A stretch of DNA of 64,000 nucleotides from NCBI GenBank assembly GCA_963668025.2, contig CAXXTH010000017.1, forward strand, positions 864,001 through 928,000. Reading direction: 5' to 3'. The stretch is from Candidatus Hydrogenedentota bacterium (GTDB taxonomy: Bacteria; Hydrogenedentota; Hydrogenedentia; Hydrogenedentales; SLHB01). The translations under genes were made by a program, and so were the position numbers. Positions 24,860 through 34,432 of the stretch are shown piece by piece. Under the pieces are notes generated by a model. It was not told the origin of the DNA and made no database searches. It worked only from the letters and a program-made list of their open reading frames with translations. Each line of letters begins with the position of its first letter. Within the stretch, counting starts at the first letter, position 1.

Positions 24860-26278
24860 ATGGGGAACAGCCTAGTTTCGCCACTTTTAGACGCGTCCAT
24901 ATTGGGAGCGCGCACGCAATCCTTGCTTGCGGAATTACTCCAGCGCTTGAATCATTCGAGCGATACCACGGAGGCCACAGAGTCCACGGACACGGCGGCC
25001 GCTGTTCCCACGGATACTTTGGGTGCTAACCAAGACGCCCAAGTCGATGATGCGTTTCAATCTTCGGTATATCAATCCAAGATGCAGCGCGTCTCCCTGG
25101 CCGTCCAGTTGCAGCAAGTGCGTACCCGGATCGGCGAGTACATCGAGCAAAACAGCGACGCCGAGGGCAGCGAAACGGATGCGGGCGCTTCGGACACCGC
25201 CGCCACGGCGGAAGCGAAGCAGCTCAAGTTCGACTTTTTCGCGGAGACCCGCTCGGTGGAACTGGCGCTATTTCAACAGCGCACGGATGCGGTGGCCAGC
25301 AAAGTGGGTGGCGAACAGGGCCAGCAATTCACCGCCGTCAGCCAGCAAGTGAGTTTCCGGTTCCAGATGTCCCTCGAGATCACCGGCGCGGCCCTGAGCG
25401 GATACGCGGGTGCGGCGGAGAACCTATCCGACAGTTCCAGTGACGCCTTGGATACGTTCATGAGTTTCGCCAATGATTTGCTCGAAAAAACGAACGATTT
25501 CATGAACCAAGCCCTCGAGATGCTCCAAGGATTCTTCTCTGGCGGCGAAACCAATATCCAAGACCAACTGAATCAGTTTCTGCAAGGCCTTAGTGATATT
25601 GGTTTTCTCAATTTGGACAACATTCAAGGCCTCACTTCTTCGGATGACGCATCCAGCCAGGCTGCAAACACTCAAAACGCAAATACGCAAAACGCCACCG
25701 TGCAAGTCATGGGCATGAGTTTCAACATTGAAATTCAAATGGAATTTGCGTTTTCGTATGAAGAGTTAGGTGTCCAGCAATCTGATCCCATTACCTTCGA
25801 TCTGGATGGAGATGGCGTTGAGCTCACCGGTTACGCCAATGGCGCGAATTTCGATATCACTGGCAGCGGCCAGAAGGTAAATACCGCATTTGTGGAAGGC
25901 GGCGACGCTTTCCTGGTCTTTGATCGCAACAACAATGGCTCCGTGGACAACGGGAAGGAGTTGTTTGGCGACCAGAATGGAGCCAGCAACGGCTTCGAGG
26001 AATTGCGCAAGCTCGATTCCAATAAAGATGGCGTCATTGACAGCAATGATAAAGATTTCGCCCAGCTCAAGCTCTTCAAGGATAACGGCAACGGCATCAC
26101 GGAAGAGGGCGAATTGGTCTCGCTAGCCGATGAAGGCATCACATCCATTAGCCTCGGTTACAAGGATGTAGACGAGGCAGCCGCCAACGGCAACCGCATC
26201 ACGCAAACTGCTTCGTTTATCCGAAACAATGGACGTTCCGGGCGAGTGGTGGACGCTGTTCTTAATTATTTGGCGTAA
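24860..26278 (+). CDS. Hypothetical acidic protein with C-terminal DPxxxDLDGDG calcium-binding-like domain
   Basis: 472 aa, SD AGGAG; DPITFDLDGDGVEL, DRNNNGSVDNGKELFGD, LDSNKDGVIDSND; no Sec signal. Confidence 0.8.
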   Translation: MGNSLVSPLLDASILGARTQSLLAELLQRLNHSSDTTEATESTDTAAAVPTDTLGANQDAQVDDAFQSSVYQSKMQRVSLAVQLQQVRTRIGEYIEQNSDAEGSETDAGASDTAATAEAKQLKFDFFAETRSVELALFQQRTDAVASKVGGEQGQQFTAVSQQVSFRFQMSLEITGAALSGYAGAAENLSDSSSDALDTFMSFANDLLEKTNDFMNQALEMLQGFFSGGETNIQDQLNQFLQGLSDIGFLNLDNIQGLTSSDDASSQAANTQNANTQNATVQVMGMSFNIEIQMEFAFSYEELGVQQSDPITFDLDGDGVELTGYANGANFDITGSGQKVNTAFVEGGDAFLVFDRNNNGSVDNGKELFGDQNGASNGFEELRKLDSNKDGVIDSNDKDFAQLKLFKDNGNGITEEGELVSLADEGITSISLGYKDVDEAAANGNRITQTASFIRNNGRSGRVVDAVLNYLA

Positions 26279-26294
26279 GAATAGAGGTGACAAT

Positions 26295-26366
26295 TGTGGC
26301 ATGGGCGTCTCACCCATGAAGCGCCGGATTTAGCGTTCGCTTCATGGGCGAGACGCCCATGCTACA
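26295..26366. repeat. REP doublet (same family as 21553)
   Basis: tgtggcatgggcgtctcacccatgaagcg...cgcttcatgggcgagacgcccatgctaca. Confidence 0.85.
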
Positions 26367-26450
26367 TATGAATATGAAAAATCACTTTGTTCTTCATTCC
26401 TCTAGGCGCTTCGTTTTGATACAATACTTTTCCGGAAAGGGGATGGTGTT

Positions 26451-27830
26451 GTGAAACGAACGCGTCTTGAAGCAGAAAAAACGAGTATTCTTGTAGCGAC
26501 GGCGGATGTGCCCTATGGCGACACGCTCGCCCGCTATCTCGATTTAGACGGTTATGCCCTTGAACGGTGCCATGACGCCCGGGGCGTCTTGCGGCTCGTG
26601 AGCCGCAAACCCTTTAATGTCATTGTGCTCGATCTTGAACTCGGCAATGAAGGCGATGTGGACCTGATCACCTACGTACGCCGCCAGTTGCCCGCCGCGA
26701 AAGTGATCTTGCTCTTTGATATGGCGCGGATTGAACGGGCCATCGAGGGCATCCGCCACGGCGCCTTTTTCTATCTCCCCCGCACCTGCCAGCCGAGTGA
26801 TGTCATGCTGGTGGTGCATAAAGCCGTGCGCAGCTTGGGCGCGGATACGTCCGTGCGCCAATTCGAGCGCGGCATGCTGGATGAATTGCTGGGCGGTTCG
26901 CCCGCCATGAAGCGCGTCATCGAGATGGTGTCGAAGGTCGCCCCTACGGACAGCACGGTGCTGCTTCTGGGCGAGAGCGGCACCGGCAAAGAACTGCTGG
27001 CCAGCATGGTTCATCGTTTGAGCCAGCGTGCGGATACGCCGTTCATCGCCATCAACTGCGCCGCCTTGCCGGACAATTTGCTCGAAAGCGAAATGTTCGG
27101 GCATGTGAAGGGGGCTTTCACGGGAGCCGACTCGGACAAGCGGGGGCTATTCGAGGAGGCGGATGGCGGCACGATTTTCTTGGACGAAATCGGCGACATG
27201 GCCCTCATCACCCAGGCGAAACTCCTGCGGGTGTTGCAGAACGGCGAGATCAGGCATGTAGGCGCGTCGGTATCCCAGCGGGTCGATGTGCGGATCATCG
27301 CCGCCACGAACCGGGATCTCGAAAAGGCCGTGGCCCAGTACACGTTCCGTGAAGACCTTTACTTCCGGCTGAACGTCATCCAGATCCGCATCCCGCCGCT
27401 TCGGGATCGCATGGAAGCGTTGCCTAAACTTATCCGCCACTTCGTGAGCCGCGCCAACGCCCAATATGGCAAGGAAGTGAAGGAGATGGACGAACCGGCG
27501 CAAATCCTCCTGCGCAACTATGATTACCCCGGCAATATCCGCGAGCTCGAGAGCATCATCGCCCATGCGGCGATTATGTCCGAGGACGGCGTCATCCGGG
27601 CGCAAGATTTGCCCGACCAGGTCCGGCTCGGCCGGGGGCCGCGCCTCGCATTACCCAACTATTCGGCGGACAGCATCCCCTCGATTGCCGATATGGAGAA
27701 GCAGCTCATTCAAACCGCCCTCGAACGGCTGCATGGCAATCAGACGGAAGTGGCCAAGCGGCTGGGCATTTCGCGCTCGACGCTGTGGCGGAAGCTGAAA
27801 GAGTATGAACTCGAAGGCGTAGGCGGATAA
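26451..27830 (+). CDS. Sigma54-dependent response regulator (NtrC family, REC-AAA+-Fis HTH)
   Basis: VIVLDL receiver, GESGTGKE, GAFTGA, FLDEIG, FREDLYFRLNV, GNQTEVAKRLGISRSTLWRKL. Confidence 0.95.
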   Translation: MKRTRLEAEKTSILVATADVPYGDTLARYLDLDGYALERCHDARGVLRLVSRKPFNVIVLDLELGNEGDVDLITYVRRQLPAAKVILLFDMARIERAIEGIRHGAFFYLPRTCQPSDVMLVVHKAVRSLGADTSVRQFERGMLDELLGGSPAMKRVIEMVSKVAPTDSTVLLLGESGTGKELLASMVHRLSQRADTPFIAINCAALPDNLLESEMFGHVKGAFTGADSDKRGLFEEADGGTIFLDEIGDMALITQAKLLRVLQNGEIRHVGASVSQRVDVRIIAATNRDLEKAVAQYTFREDLYFRLNVIQIRIPPLRDRMEALPKLIRHFVSRANAQYGKEVKEMDEPAQILLRNYDYPGNIRELESIIAHAAIMSEDGVIRAQDLPDQVRLGRGPRLALPNYSADSIPSIADMEKQLIQTALERLHGNQTEVAKRLGISRSTLWRKLKEYELEGVGG

Positions 27831-27843
27831 CGGCGCGGCAGCC

Positions 27844-28422
27844 CTATGCGCCCGCCGCAGGCAGCATCGCACGCACATAGCCGCCGGTGAATTCGTTGGC
27901 GAGGATGTCCATCAGGATAACGTCCCACATGCGGCCCGCGACAAAATGGGATTGCCGCCTCACGCCGGCATGCTTGAATCCACAGCGCTCATAACAGTGA
28001 ATCCCACGGGTGTTGTACTCGAAAACCCATAAATTAATGCTGTGCAAATTCAGCACGTTGAACCCGTAATCCAGCATCAGCATGGTGGCCTCTTGGCCAT
28101 ACCCTTTCCCCCAATACGACTTCTCGCCGATGGAAATGCCGAATTCGCCTTTGCGGTTGATAGGGCTTATATTATGCAGACCCGTTGCGCCGATCACTTG
28201 ATGATTGGCCAGATCATAAATGCCGAATATCGGTTCGCCGCTTTTCTGGAATCCCTCGATCCACGTCCGCTCGGAGTCCGGCGTCTGCGAGGATTGAATG
28301 CCTTTCCCCAGGTTGATGGTTACTTCGGGATCATTCATCCATCCCGCCAGTTGCTCCGCTTGTTCGAGCAGCAATGGCGCAAGATAACATTTCGAGCCGG
28401 ACACCTTCGCATGATTCGCCAT
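27844..28422 (-). CDS. GNAT N-acetyltransferase (RimJ/RimL family)
   Basis: GEFGISIGEKSYWGKGYGQEA, LNLHSINLWVFEYNTRGIHCYERCGF; start MANHAK with an SD. Confidence 0.9.
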   Translation of the reverse strand: MANHAKVSGSKCYLAPLLLEQAEQLAGWMNDPEVTINLGKGIQSSQTPDSERTWIEGFQKSGEPIFGIYDLANHQVIGATGLHNISPINRKGEFGISIGEKSYWGKGYGQEATMLMLDYGFNVLNLHSINLWVFEYNTRGIHCYERCGFKHAGVRRQSHFVAGRMWDVILMDILANEFTGGYVRAMLPAAGA

Positions 28423-28621
28423 GGCGATGCACTCCCTCTTGGTTGCTAGACGCTTTATATCTTTGTCGGCATTATGCATACCAAACATCATCTGGCTGGC
28501 CTTTAGTATGAATAGAGAGCAGATACGACGCTTCAGCGGCTCCGCGATTTGGCTTATACTACAAAGAGATACAAACAGGGCCCCAATGCGATAGGATACC
28601 TGACATGAGCCGGGGAGCACG

Positions 28622-29221
28622 ATGAATACACCTATCGAGAGCAGTGAGTTCGTAAAACTCATCGAAGCGCATCGCGACGAGTTCTACCGGTATGTGAAGC
28701 GCATGCTGTGGGAACCGGGCGCGGCGGATGATGTGTTCTCATCCGCCGTATTGTCGGCCTACGAGAACTTGCCTCGATTCGAGCCTGGCACGAACTTCCG
28801 TGCATGGGTTTTTCGGATTCTAACCAACAAGTGTTTCGTGGCCAACCGCGAAACGGCCCGCGCACCTCAGCCGTTGGATGATTCCTTCGATGAGACGTGG
28901 GCCGCGGTGCAAGAGGGTCCCGATTACACGGAGATGCTCGATGAGCCCATGAGGGTGCTCGATGCCTGCGGCGGCGAAGTGTATAACGCCTTTCGCCTGT
29001 TGTCGGCGGCGGAGCGTTCATGTTTATTATTAAAGGCTATCGAAAGTTTTTCGTACAAGGAAATCGCCGAGATACTCGATATGCCGGAAGGAACAGTGAT
29101 GACGCATTTAGCCCGAGGACGCGCGAAACTGCGAAAGGAATTGCTCGATTATGCGCGTGAAAGGGGCATCTTGGGCCGCGCCTCGAACCGTACGGAAGAT
29201 AAGCCGGAGGGTGGGATATGA
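28622..29221 (+). CDS. ECF sigma factor
   Basis: ADDV, GTNFRAWVFRILTN (region 2), FSYKEIAEILDMPEGTVMTHLARGR (region 4). Confidence 0.93.
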   Translation: MNTPIESSEFVKLIEAHRDEFYRYVKRMLWEPGAADDVFSSAVLSAYENLPRFEPGTNFRAWVFRILTNKCFVANRETARAPQPLDDSFDETWAAVQEGPDYTEMLDEPMRVLDACGGEVYNAFRLLSAAERSCLLLKAIESFSYKEIAEILDMPEGTVMTHLARGRAKLRKELLDYARERGILGRASNRTEDKPEGGI

Positions 29222-29979
29222 CCGTGGGCCGGGATGAACAGCGTTATCTGGATGGCGAAATGACGGACGCGGAAGCCACGGCCTTTTGGGAGGCGTTGCC
29301 AGAGCCGGAACAAGAACGGCTGAACAAGGAGCGCCGTTTTGAAGCCGGCTTGAAACAGGTGATGGACCAGGATGTGGGATGCCCGGACGCCGCATGGCGG
29401 CGTCTCGAATGGCAATTGCAACATAAGCGCCCGGCAAGCCGTTCTAGCGTGGTGCGATGGACGCTTCGATTCGCCGCCGCCGCCGTGGTGGCCGCAGGCG
29501 TCTTGTTCGCCATGCGCCAAGCGGATGCCCCGGAGAGCAGTGAGGCCTTTTTGCGCGTGGCGGAAGCCAATGTAACGGATTTCGCCCAACATGCCCAAAC
29601 CGAGCAGCCTACCATCGAGCACGTGCGGCGTTTCCTGTCCGAACGAGGCTTTTCCATCCAATTGCCTGCCGAGGAAGCGCTGTCCAACCGCACCCACGAA
29701 AAAATACACCTGCTGGGTGCGCGTTGCGAGTCTTGTCCATGCGAGGACGTAGGTGAAATTCTCTTCGACTGCTGCGGGCAGCCGGTGAAGATCGTCATGG
29801 CGCACAAAGGGGGCCGGGCGGCGGATTTGTTGAGTAAGGCGCATTCCAACCACGCATGCAACTGCGAAGTGCAGCGCGTGGAGGAAATAGGCGAGTACAT
29901 CGTGGCCGTCGTAGGCCGGCACCCGTCGCCACAACTCCTGGAGCTTCTCGCCGCAAGCCCTTCAACGGACCCTACTTAA
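29218..29979 (+). CDS. Putative anti-sigma factor
   Basis: ATGA-coupled to the ECF gene; RYLDGEM N-terminus, single TM, Cys-rich C-terminal domain. Confidence 0.75.
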   Translation: MTVGRDEQRYLDGEMTDAEATAFWEALPEPEQERLNKERRFEAGLKQVMDQDVGCPDAAWRRLEWQLQHKRPASRSSVVRWTLRFAAAAVVAAGVLFAMRQADAPESSEAFLRVAEANVTDFAQHAQTEQPTIEHVRRFLSERGFSIQLPAEEALSNRTHEKIHLLGARCESCPCEDVGEILFDCCGQPVKIVMAHKGGRAADLLSKAHSNHACNCEVQRVEEIGEYIVAVVGRHPSPQLLELLAASPSTDPT

Positions 29980-30005
29980 ACGTTTTACTTCATACGCTTC
30001 TCTTC

Positions 30006-30073
30006 GCATGGGCGTCCCGCACATGAAGAGACGTCTTTAATGCATGCTTCATGGGCGAGACGCCCATGCTACG
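30006..30073. repeat. REP doublet (same family as 21553)
   Basis: gcatgggcgtcccgcacatgaag...cttcatgggcgagacgcccatgctacg. Confidence 0.8.
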
Positions 30074-30232
30074 GGATGCATTAAAACATATTGATTTCAG
30101 GCGCTTGAAATATACCCGCCGCCGCATGGGTTGTCACTACTAAACCCAATACGTATACTGGCGTTGCGCAGGATAGGCATGCTGGGATATTGGGGCATGT
30201 TGTTTTTTTAGCGGAAGGAGAAGAAGCATACC

Positions 30233-31177
30233 ATGGAAAATGTCATTATTATCGGTTCAGGGCCGGCAGGCTATACGGCGGCGCTCTACACAGCCCGCGC
30301 CGATTTGAATCCCCTCGTGCTCGAGGGTGAATTGAGTAAAGATATCCTGCCCGGCGGGCAGCTCATGACTACCACCGAAGTCGAGAATTTCCCCGGCTAC
30401 CCCGATGGAGTTTCTGGGCCAGAGATGATGGAGCAATTCAAAAAACAGGCGAAACGGTTCGGGGCGCGCATCGTATCGAAAACCGCCACCGCCGTGGATC
30501 TTTCTTCACGCCCGTTCAAAATCACCGCAGGCAAAGAAACCTATGAGTGCAAGGCCCTTATTATCGCCACGGGGGCTACGGCGAGATACCTCGGCCTGGA
30601 GTCCGAGCAGCGCTTCATGAACCGGGGCGTATCGGGCTGCGCCACGTGCGATGGCGCATTGCCGCGTTTCCGCAACAAGCCGCTAGTGGTGTTGGGCGGC
30701 GGCGATACGGCCATGGAGGAATCGCTGTTTCTGGCTAATTTCGCCAGCGAAGTCCATGTCATTCACCGGCGTGATCAGTTTCGCGCCAGTAAAATCATGG
30801 CGGACCGCGTGATCGCACATCCTAAAATCATCGTCGAGTGGAACACCGTGGTGGACGAAGTGTTGGGCGATGACGAAAAAGGCGTCACGGGCGTGCGCGT
30901 CAAGGACGTGAAAACCGGTGAAACGCGCGTCATCGAGTGCGTCGGGTATTTTAGCGCCATCGGCCACAAGCCCAACACGGACCTGTTTGTGGGCGTGCTG
31001 GATACGGACGAGACCGGCTACCTGGTCACGAAGCCCGATTCGAGCTACACCAATATCGAGGGCGTTTTTGCGGCGGGCGACGTGCAAGACCGTATCTACC
31101 GCCAGGCCATCACGGCCGCTGGCTCCGGGTGCATGGCTGCTCTCGATTGCACCCGCTGGCTCGAAGCGCAGGAATAG
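30233..31177 (+). CDS. trxB: Thioredoxin-disulfide reductase
   Basis: [48 protein letters not shown]. Confidence 0.97.
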   Translation: MENVIIIGSGPAGYTAALYTARADLNPLVLEGELSKDILPGGQLMTTTEVENFPGYPDGVSGPEMMEQFKKQAKRFGARIVSKTATAVDLSSRPFKITAGKETYECKALIIATGATARYLGLESEQRFMNRGVSGCATCDGALPRFRNKPLVVLGGGDTAMEESLFLANFASEVHVIHRRDQFRASKIMADRVIAHPKIIVEWNTVVDEVLGDDEKGVTGVRVKDVKTGETRVIECVGYFSAIGHKPNTDLFVGVLDTDETGYLVTKPDSSYTNIEGVFAAGDVQDRIYRQAITAAGSGCMAALDCTRWLEAQE

Positions 31178-31198
31178 GCAGGCGAAATAGTGTGGATA

Positions 31199-31230
31199 GC
31201 CCGGCGGATCCCTTGGTCCGCCGGGCGTTT
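31199..31230 (+). terminator. Hairpin/terminator after trxB
   Basis: gcccggcgga/tccgccgggc stem with a short T tract. Confidence 0.5.
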
Positions 31231-31268
31231 ATGTGGCCAAACTGTAGTGCATAACATCCGGGAATCCG

Positions 31269-31829
31269 ATGAGTTTCTTATCTGTTCTTTTAATTGCCGT
31301 AGGCTTGTCCATGGATGCATTCGCCGTGGCGCTGGCCTCGAGCATCGCCCTGGGCCGTCCCACGGGACATCAGTTGTTCCGGCTCTCATTCCATTTCGGA
31401 CTGTTTCAGGCCTTCATGCCCGTCATTGGCTGGTTCGCGGGGCGTACGGTGGCGGTCTATGTCCAGGCGTGGGACCATTGGGTAGCGTTTGGCCTATTGT
31501 TGGCCATCGGCGTCAAAGCCATCACCGAATCCTTGCGTTTTCATGAAACGGCGTCTCGATGCGGCGACCCTACCAAAGGCTTGTCACTCGTGGCGCTATC
31601 CGTCGCCACTAGCATCGACGCCTTGGCCGTCGGGCTCAGCTTCGCCATGTTGGAAATGCAGATCTGGTGGCCGGTGCTTATCATCGGGATTGTGGCAGGC
31701 ATACTCACCTTGGTGGGCATGCGGCTCGGCGGCAGGCTCGGGGCCAAATTCGGCGGGCGCGTGGGCGTCCTCGGCGGCCTGATCCTGATCGGCATCGGCG
31801 CGAGAATTTTGTTTCAGCATTTGATCTGA
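31269..31829 (+). CDS. mntP: Manganese efflux pump MntP
   Basis: LSMDAFAVA, FGLFQAFMP, DHWVAFGLL, ATSIDALAVG. Confidence 0.93.
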   Translation: MSFLSVLLIAVGLSMDAFAVALASSIALGRPTGHQLFRLSFHFGLFQAFMPVIGWFAGRTVAVYVQAWDHWVAFGLLLAIGVKAITESLRFHETASRCGDPTKGLSLVALSVATSIDALAVGLSFAMLEMQIWWPVLIIGIVAGILTLVGMRLGGRLGAKFGGRVGVLGGLILIGIGARILFQHLI

Positions 31830-31851
31830 CGGATCTGACGGATCCGGCTGA

Positions 31852-32790
31852 TCAATCGCCATTCCCGAACAACGCTTGCACGAACTCCCGCGCGTTGAAC
31901 GGCTGAAGGTCATCCACGCTTTCGCCTACGCCGATGTATTTGATGGGAATACCCAATTGCCTCTGGATGGCCACCGCCACGCCGCCTTTGGCGGTGCCGT
32001 CGAGTTTGGTCACGATAAGCCCCGTGACAGGGATGGCTTCCGTGAACACTTTGGCCTGCTGAAGGCCATTCTGGCCGGTCGTGGCGTCGAGCACAAGGAG
32101 CACCTCGTGGGGCGCGCCAGGCAAGCGCTTGGACACCACACGCTGAATCTTTTTCAGCTCCTCCATGAGATTCACTTTCGTGTGGAGCCGCCCTGCGGTG
32201 TCGATCAACACGCAATCCGCTTTGCGCGCCGCCGCCGCATCCACGGCGTCAAAGGCCACCGCGGCGGGGTCCGAACCATCCTGGTGTTTGATGAGCGGCA
32301 CATTCGCCCGCTCGCTCCAAATGGTGAGCTGCTCGACGGCGGCGGCCCGGAAGGTGTCCGCCGCGCCCAGAAGCACGCTCTTGCCTTGGGCTTTCAAATG
32401 CGAGGCTAGCTTGCCGGTAGTGGTCGTTTTACCGGAACCGTTCACTCCCACCACGAGCGTCACATGGGGGCCGCCATTGGCTTCCCACGTCATGGCGTGG
32501 TCGCCCGGTTCGAGGGAGCGAATCATTTCTTCTTTCAGTAATTCATATAACTCTTCGGGGGTGGGAACTTTTTGCTCGCGGGACAAGCGGCGCATGTCTT
32601 CAACAATGGCAAGGCTCGCATCCACGCCGAGGTCCGCTGCGATGAGGATCTCCTCGATTTCGTCGAAGACCTCATCATCTATCCGCGTCCGCCCGGTGAA
32701 AACGCTCTTGATGCTATCGCTAAGGCTCGTGCGCGTTTTGGAGAGCCGTTCACGCAGCCGCCCGAAAAAACCCTTTTTTTCTTCCGACAT
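31852..32790 (-). CDS. ftsY: Signal recognition particle receptor FtsY
   Basis: GVNGSGKTTT, DTFRAAA, DTAGRLH, TKLDGTAKGG. Confidence 0.98.
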   Translation of the reverse strand: MSEEKKGFFGRLRERLSKTRTSLSDSIKSVFTGRTRIDDEVFDEIEEILIAADLGVDASLAIVEDMRRLSREQKVPTPEELYELLKEEMIRSLEPGDHAMTWEANGGPHVTLVVGVNGSGKTTTTGKLASHLKAQGKSVLLGAADTFRAAAVEQLTIWSERANVPLIKHQDGSDPAAVAFDAVDAAAARKADCVLIDTAGRLHTKVNLMEELKKIQRVVSKRLPGAPHEVLLVLDATTGQNGLQQAKVFTEAIPVTGLIVTKLDGTAKGGVAVAIQRQLGIPIKYIGVGESVDDLQPFNAREFVQALFGNGD

Positions 32791-32840
32791 GATGATAGTT
32801 CCTTAAATAGTAAAGATGATAAACCAGATATAAATCAGTA

Positions 32841-32890
32841 CGTAGCATGGGCGTCCCGCCCATGCGCATGGCCGGGACGGCCATGCTACG
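32841..32890. repeat. REP doublet (same family as 21553)
   Basis: cgtagcatgggcgtcccgcccatgcgcatggccgggacggccatgctacg. Confidence 0.85.
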
Positions 32891-32907
32891 GAACTGGGCC
32901 TTTCGCT

Positions 32908-33837
32908 TCAACCTTTATCCGCAAGCTCTTTCGGCAGATTGAAATGGACGGACTCCGCCATCACCTCCGATTCCACCACTTCAACCACCCCCTTGGCGCG
33001 CAAGTGCTCGACGACGCCTTGCACCAAGCGTTCGGGAGCGGATGCGCCTGCGGTGATGACGATGGTCTCGACGCCTTCCAGCCATGCGTCCTCGATGTCG
33101 CCCGCATCGCTAATCAAATGGGCGGGTTTGTCTTTCGCGCGGCAGATTTCGGCGAGCCGGTTCGAGTTGGCGCTTTTGCGGTCGCCCACGACCAGCACGA
33201 GGTCCGCCTCGGGCGATAACGCGTTCACCGCCGCCTGGCGGTTCGTGGTGGCGTAACAAATGTCCGCCTTGGGCGGCGATTTGATGGTGGGGAATTTGGC
33301 CTTGAGCGCATCAACCACCCGCTGGCAATCCTCGACGCTCAGCGTCGTCTGGGTGATATACGACAAGTTATCCGGATTTTCCACTTCCAGGCGCTCCACG
33401 TCTTCGATCGTCAACACGCGCTGGATATGATTCGCGGCCCAGCCCATCGTGCCCTCGGTCTCATCATGCCCCGGTTCGCCAATCAGGATAATGGTGTATT
33501 CCTTCGCCGCGAAACGCCGGGCCTCGTTGTGGACTTTTTCGACCAGTGGACACGTCGCATCGATCACCTGCATCCGGCGGTTTTCCGCATCTTGATACCG
33601 CTGCGGGCCAACGCCATGGGCGCTAAACAACACATGCGCGCCTTCGGGCACATCTTCCAGGCGCTTGACGAATACCGCGCCTTTCGTTTTCAGCTCATTC
33701 ACCACATGGGCGTTATGAACGATGTCGTTGAGCACATAGATAGGCGCTCCGAACCGTTCAAGCGCTTCCTCGACGCATTTGATGGCGCGCTCGACGCCCG
33801 CACAAAAGCCCCTCGGACGGGCCAGAATCAGTTTCAT
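32908..33837 (-). CDS. ispH: 4-hydroxy-3-methylbut-2-enyl diphosphate reductase
   Basis: PRGFCAGVERAI, IVHN, SAHG, DATCPLV, QTTLS, ICYATTNRQ, TAGASAP. Confidence 0.97.
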   Translation of the reverse strand: MKLILARPRGFCAGVERAIKCVEEALERFGAPIYVLNDIVHNAHVVNELKTKGAVFVKRLEDVPEGAHVLFSAHGVGPQRYQDAENRRMQVIDATCPLVEKVHNEARRFAAKEYTIILIGEPGHDETEGTMGWAANHIQRVLTIEDVERLEVENPDNLSYITQTTLSVEDCQRVVDALKAKFPTIKSPPKADICYATTNRQAAVNALSPEADLVLVVGDRKSANSNRLAEICRAKDKPAHLISDAGDIEDAWLEGVETIVITAGASAPERLVQGVVEHLRAKGVVEVVESEVMAESVHFNLPKELADKG

Positions 33838-33981
33838 ACGTTCTCCAATCATTAGGCGATATTATCCGGCGGCAAGGGCCTTTGCGCCCTTGGCGCGATT
33901 TGTGCCATAATACCTGATATGCCAGTTTAATTGCATGCCCGCCTCGAACAACTCACCGAGGAACATGCGCTCCAGTAAGCT

Positions 33982-34339
33982 GGGGGCGACCAGGTTTCGA
34001 CGGGGGTGTAGAAGCATGGGCTGCGTGCCGAGGTTAATCGGCTGGCCTCGTAAAAAGCCGATTAAAACACAAATGCCAATCAACCTTTGGCAATGGCCGC
34101 CTAACTTTAGGTTGCCCGTCTTACCCTTGACCGCCTGCTAGGGGGATAAGGCGCCGACAGCGGGCCTCAAGGCTGGAGAACGGCGGAGTCTCCAGCGGAG
34201 AGTATCGACTCCGCCTAGCGGCCCTGGAAAGCGAGCCCGACGCGCTCCCGAGTGGCGAATCCTAAAGGACGGGCTACGCACGTAGACGCTTATGTGGACG
34301 CGCTTTCGGACGGGGGTTCGATTCCCCCCGCCTCCACCA
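33982..34339 (+). ncRNA. ssrA: tmRNA; tag ORF 34075-34104 encodes ANQPLAMAA
   Basis: 5' GGGGGCGACCAGGTTTCGAC, 3' GACGGGGGTTCGATTCCCCCCGCCTCCACCA; resume codon GCC after AAAT; tag ends in AA-stop. Confidence 0.96.
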
Positions 34340-34432
34340 ATTTCAAGAATGCAACCACGCTCTCTCGGGCAACCGGCCCGAGAGGGCTTAAGCTCCTACC
34401 CCATTCGTTGCACTTAGAATATAAGTTCAGGC

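Noticed and set aside
31178-31268. yybP-ykoY Mn riboswitch or DtxR box upstream of mntP
   Set aside because: Only ~90 bp with one simple hairpin; the box-like TTTATGTGGCCAAA matches the feo operator at just 8/14.
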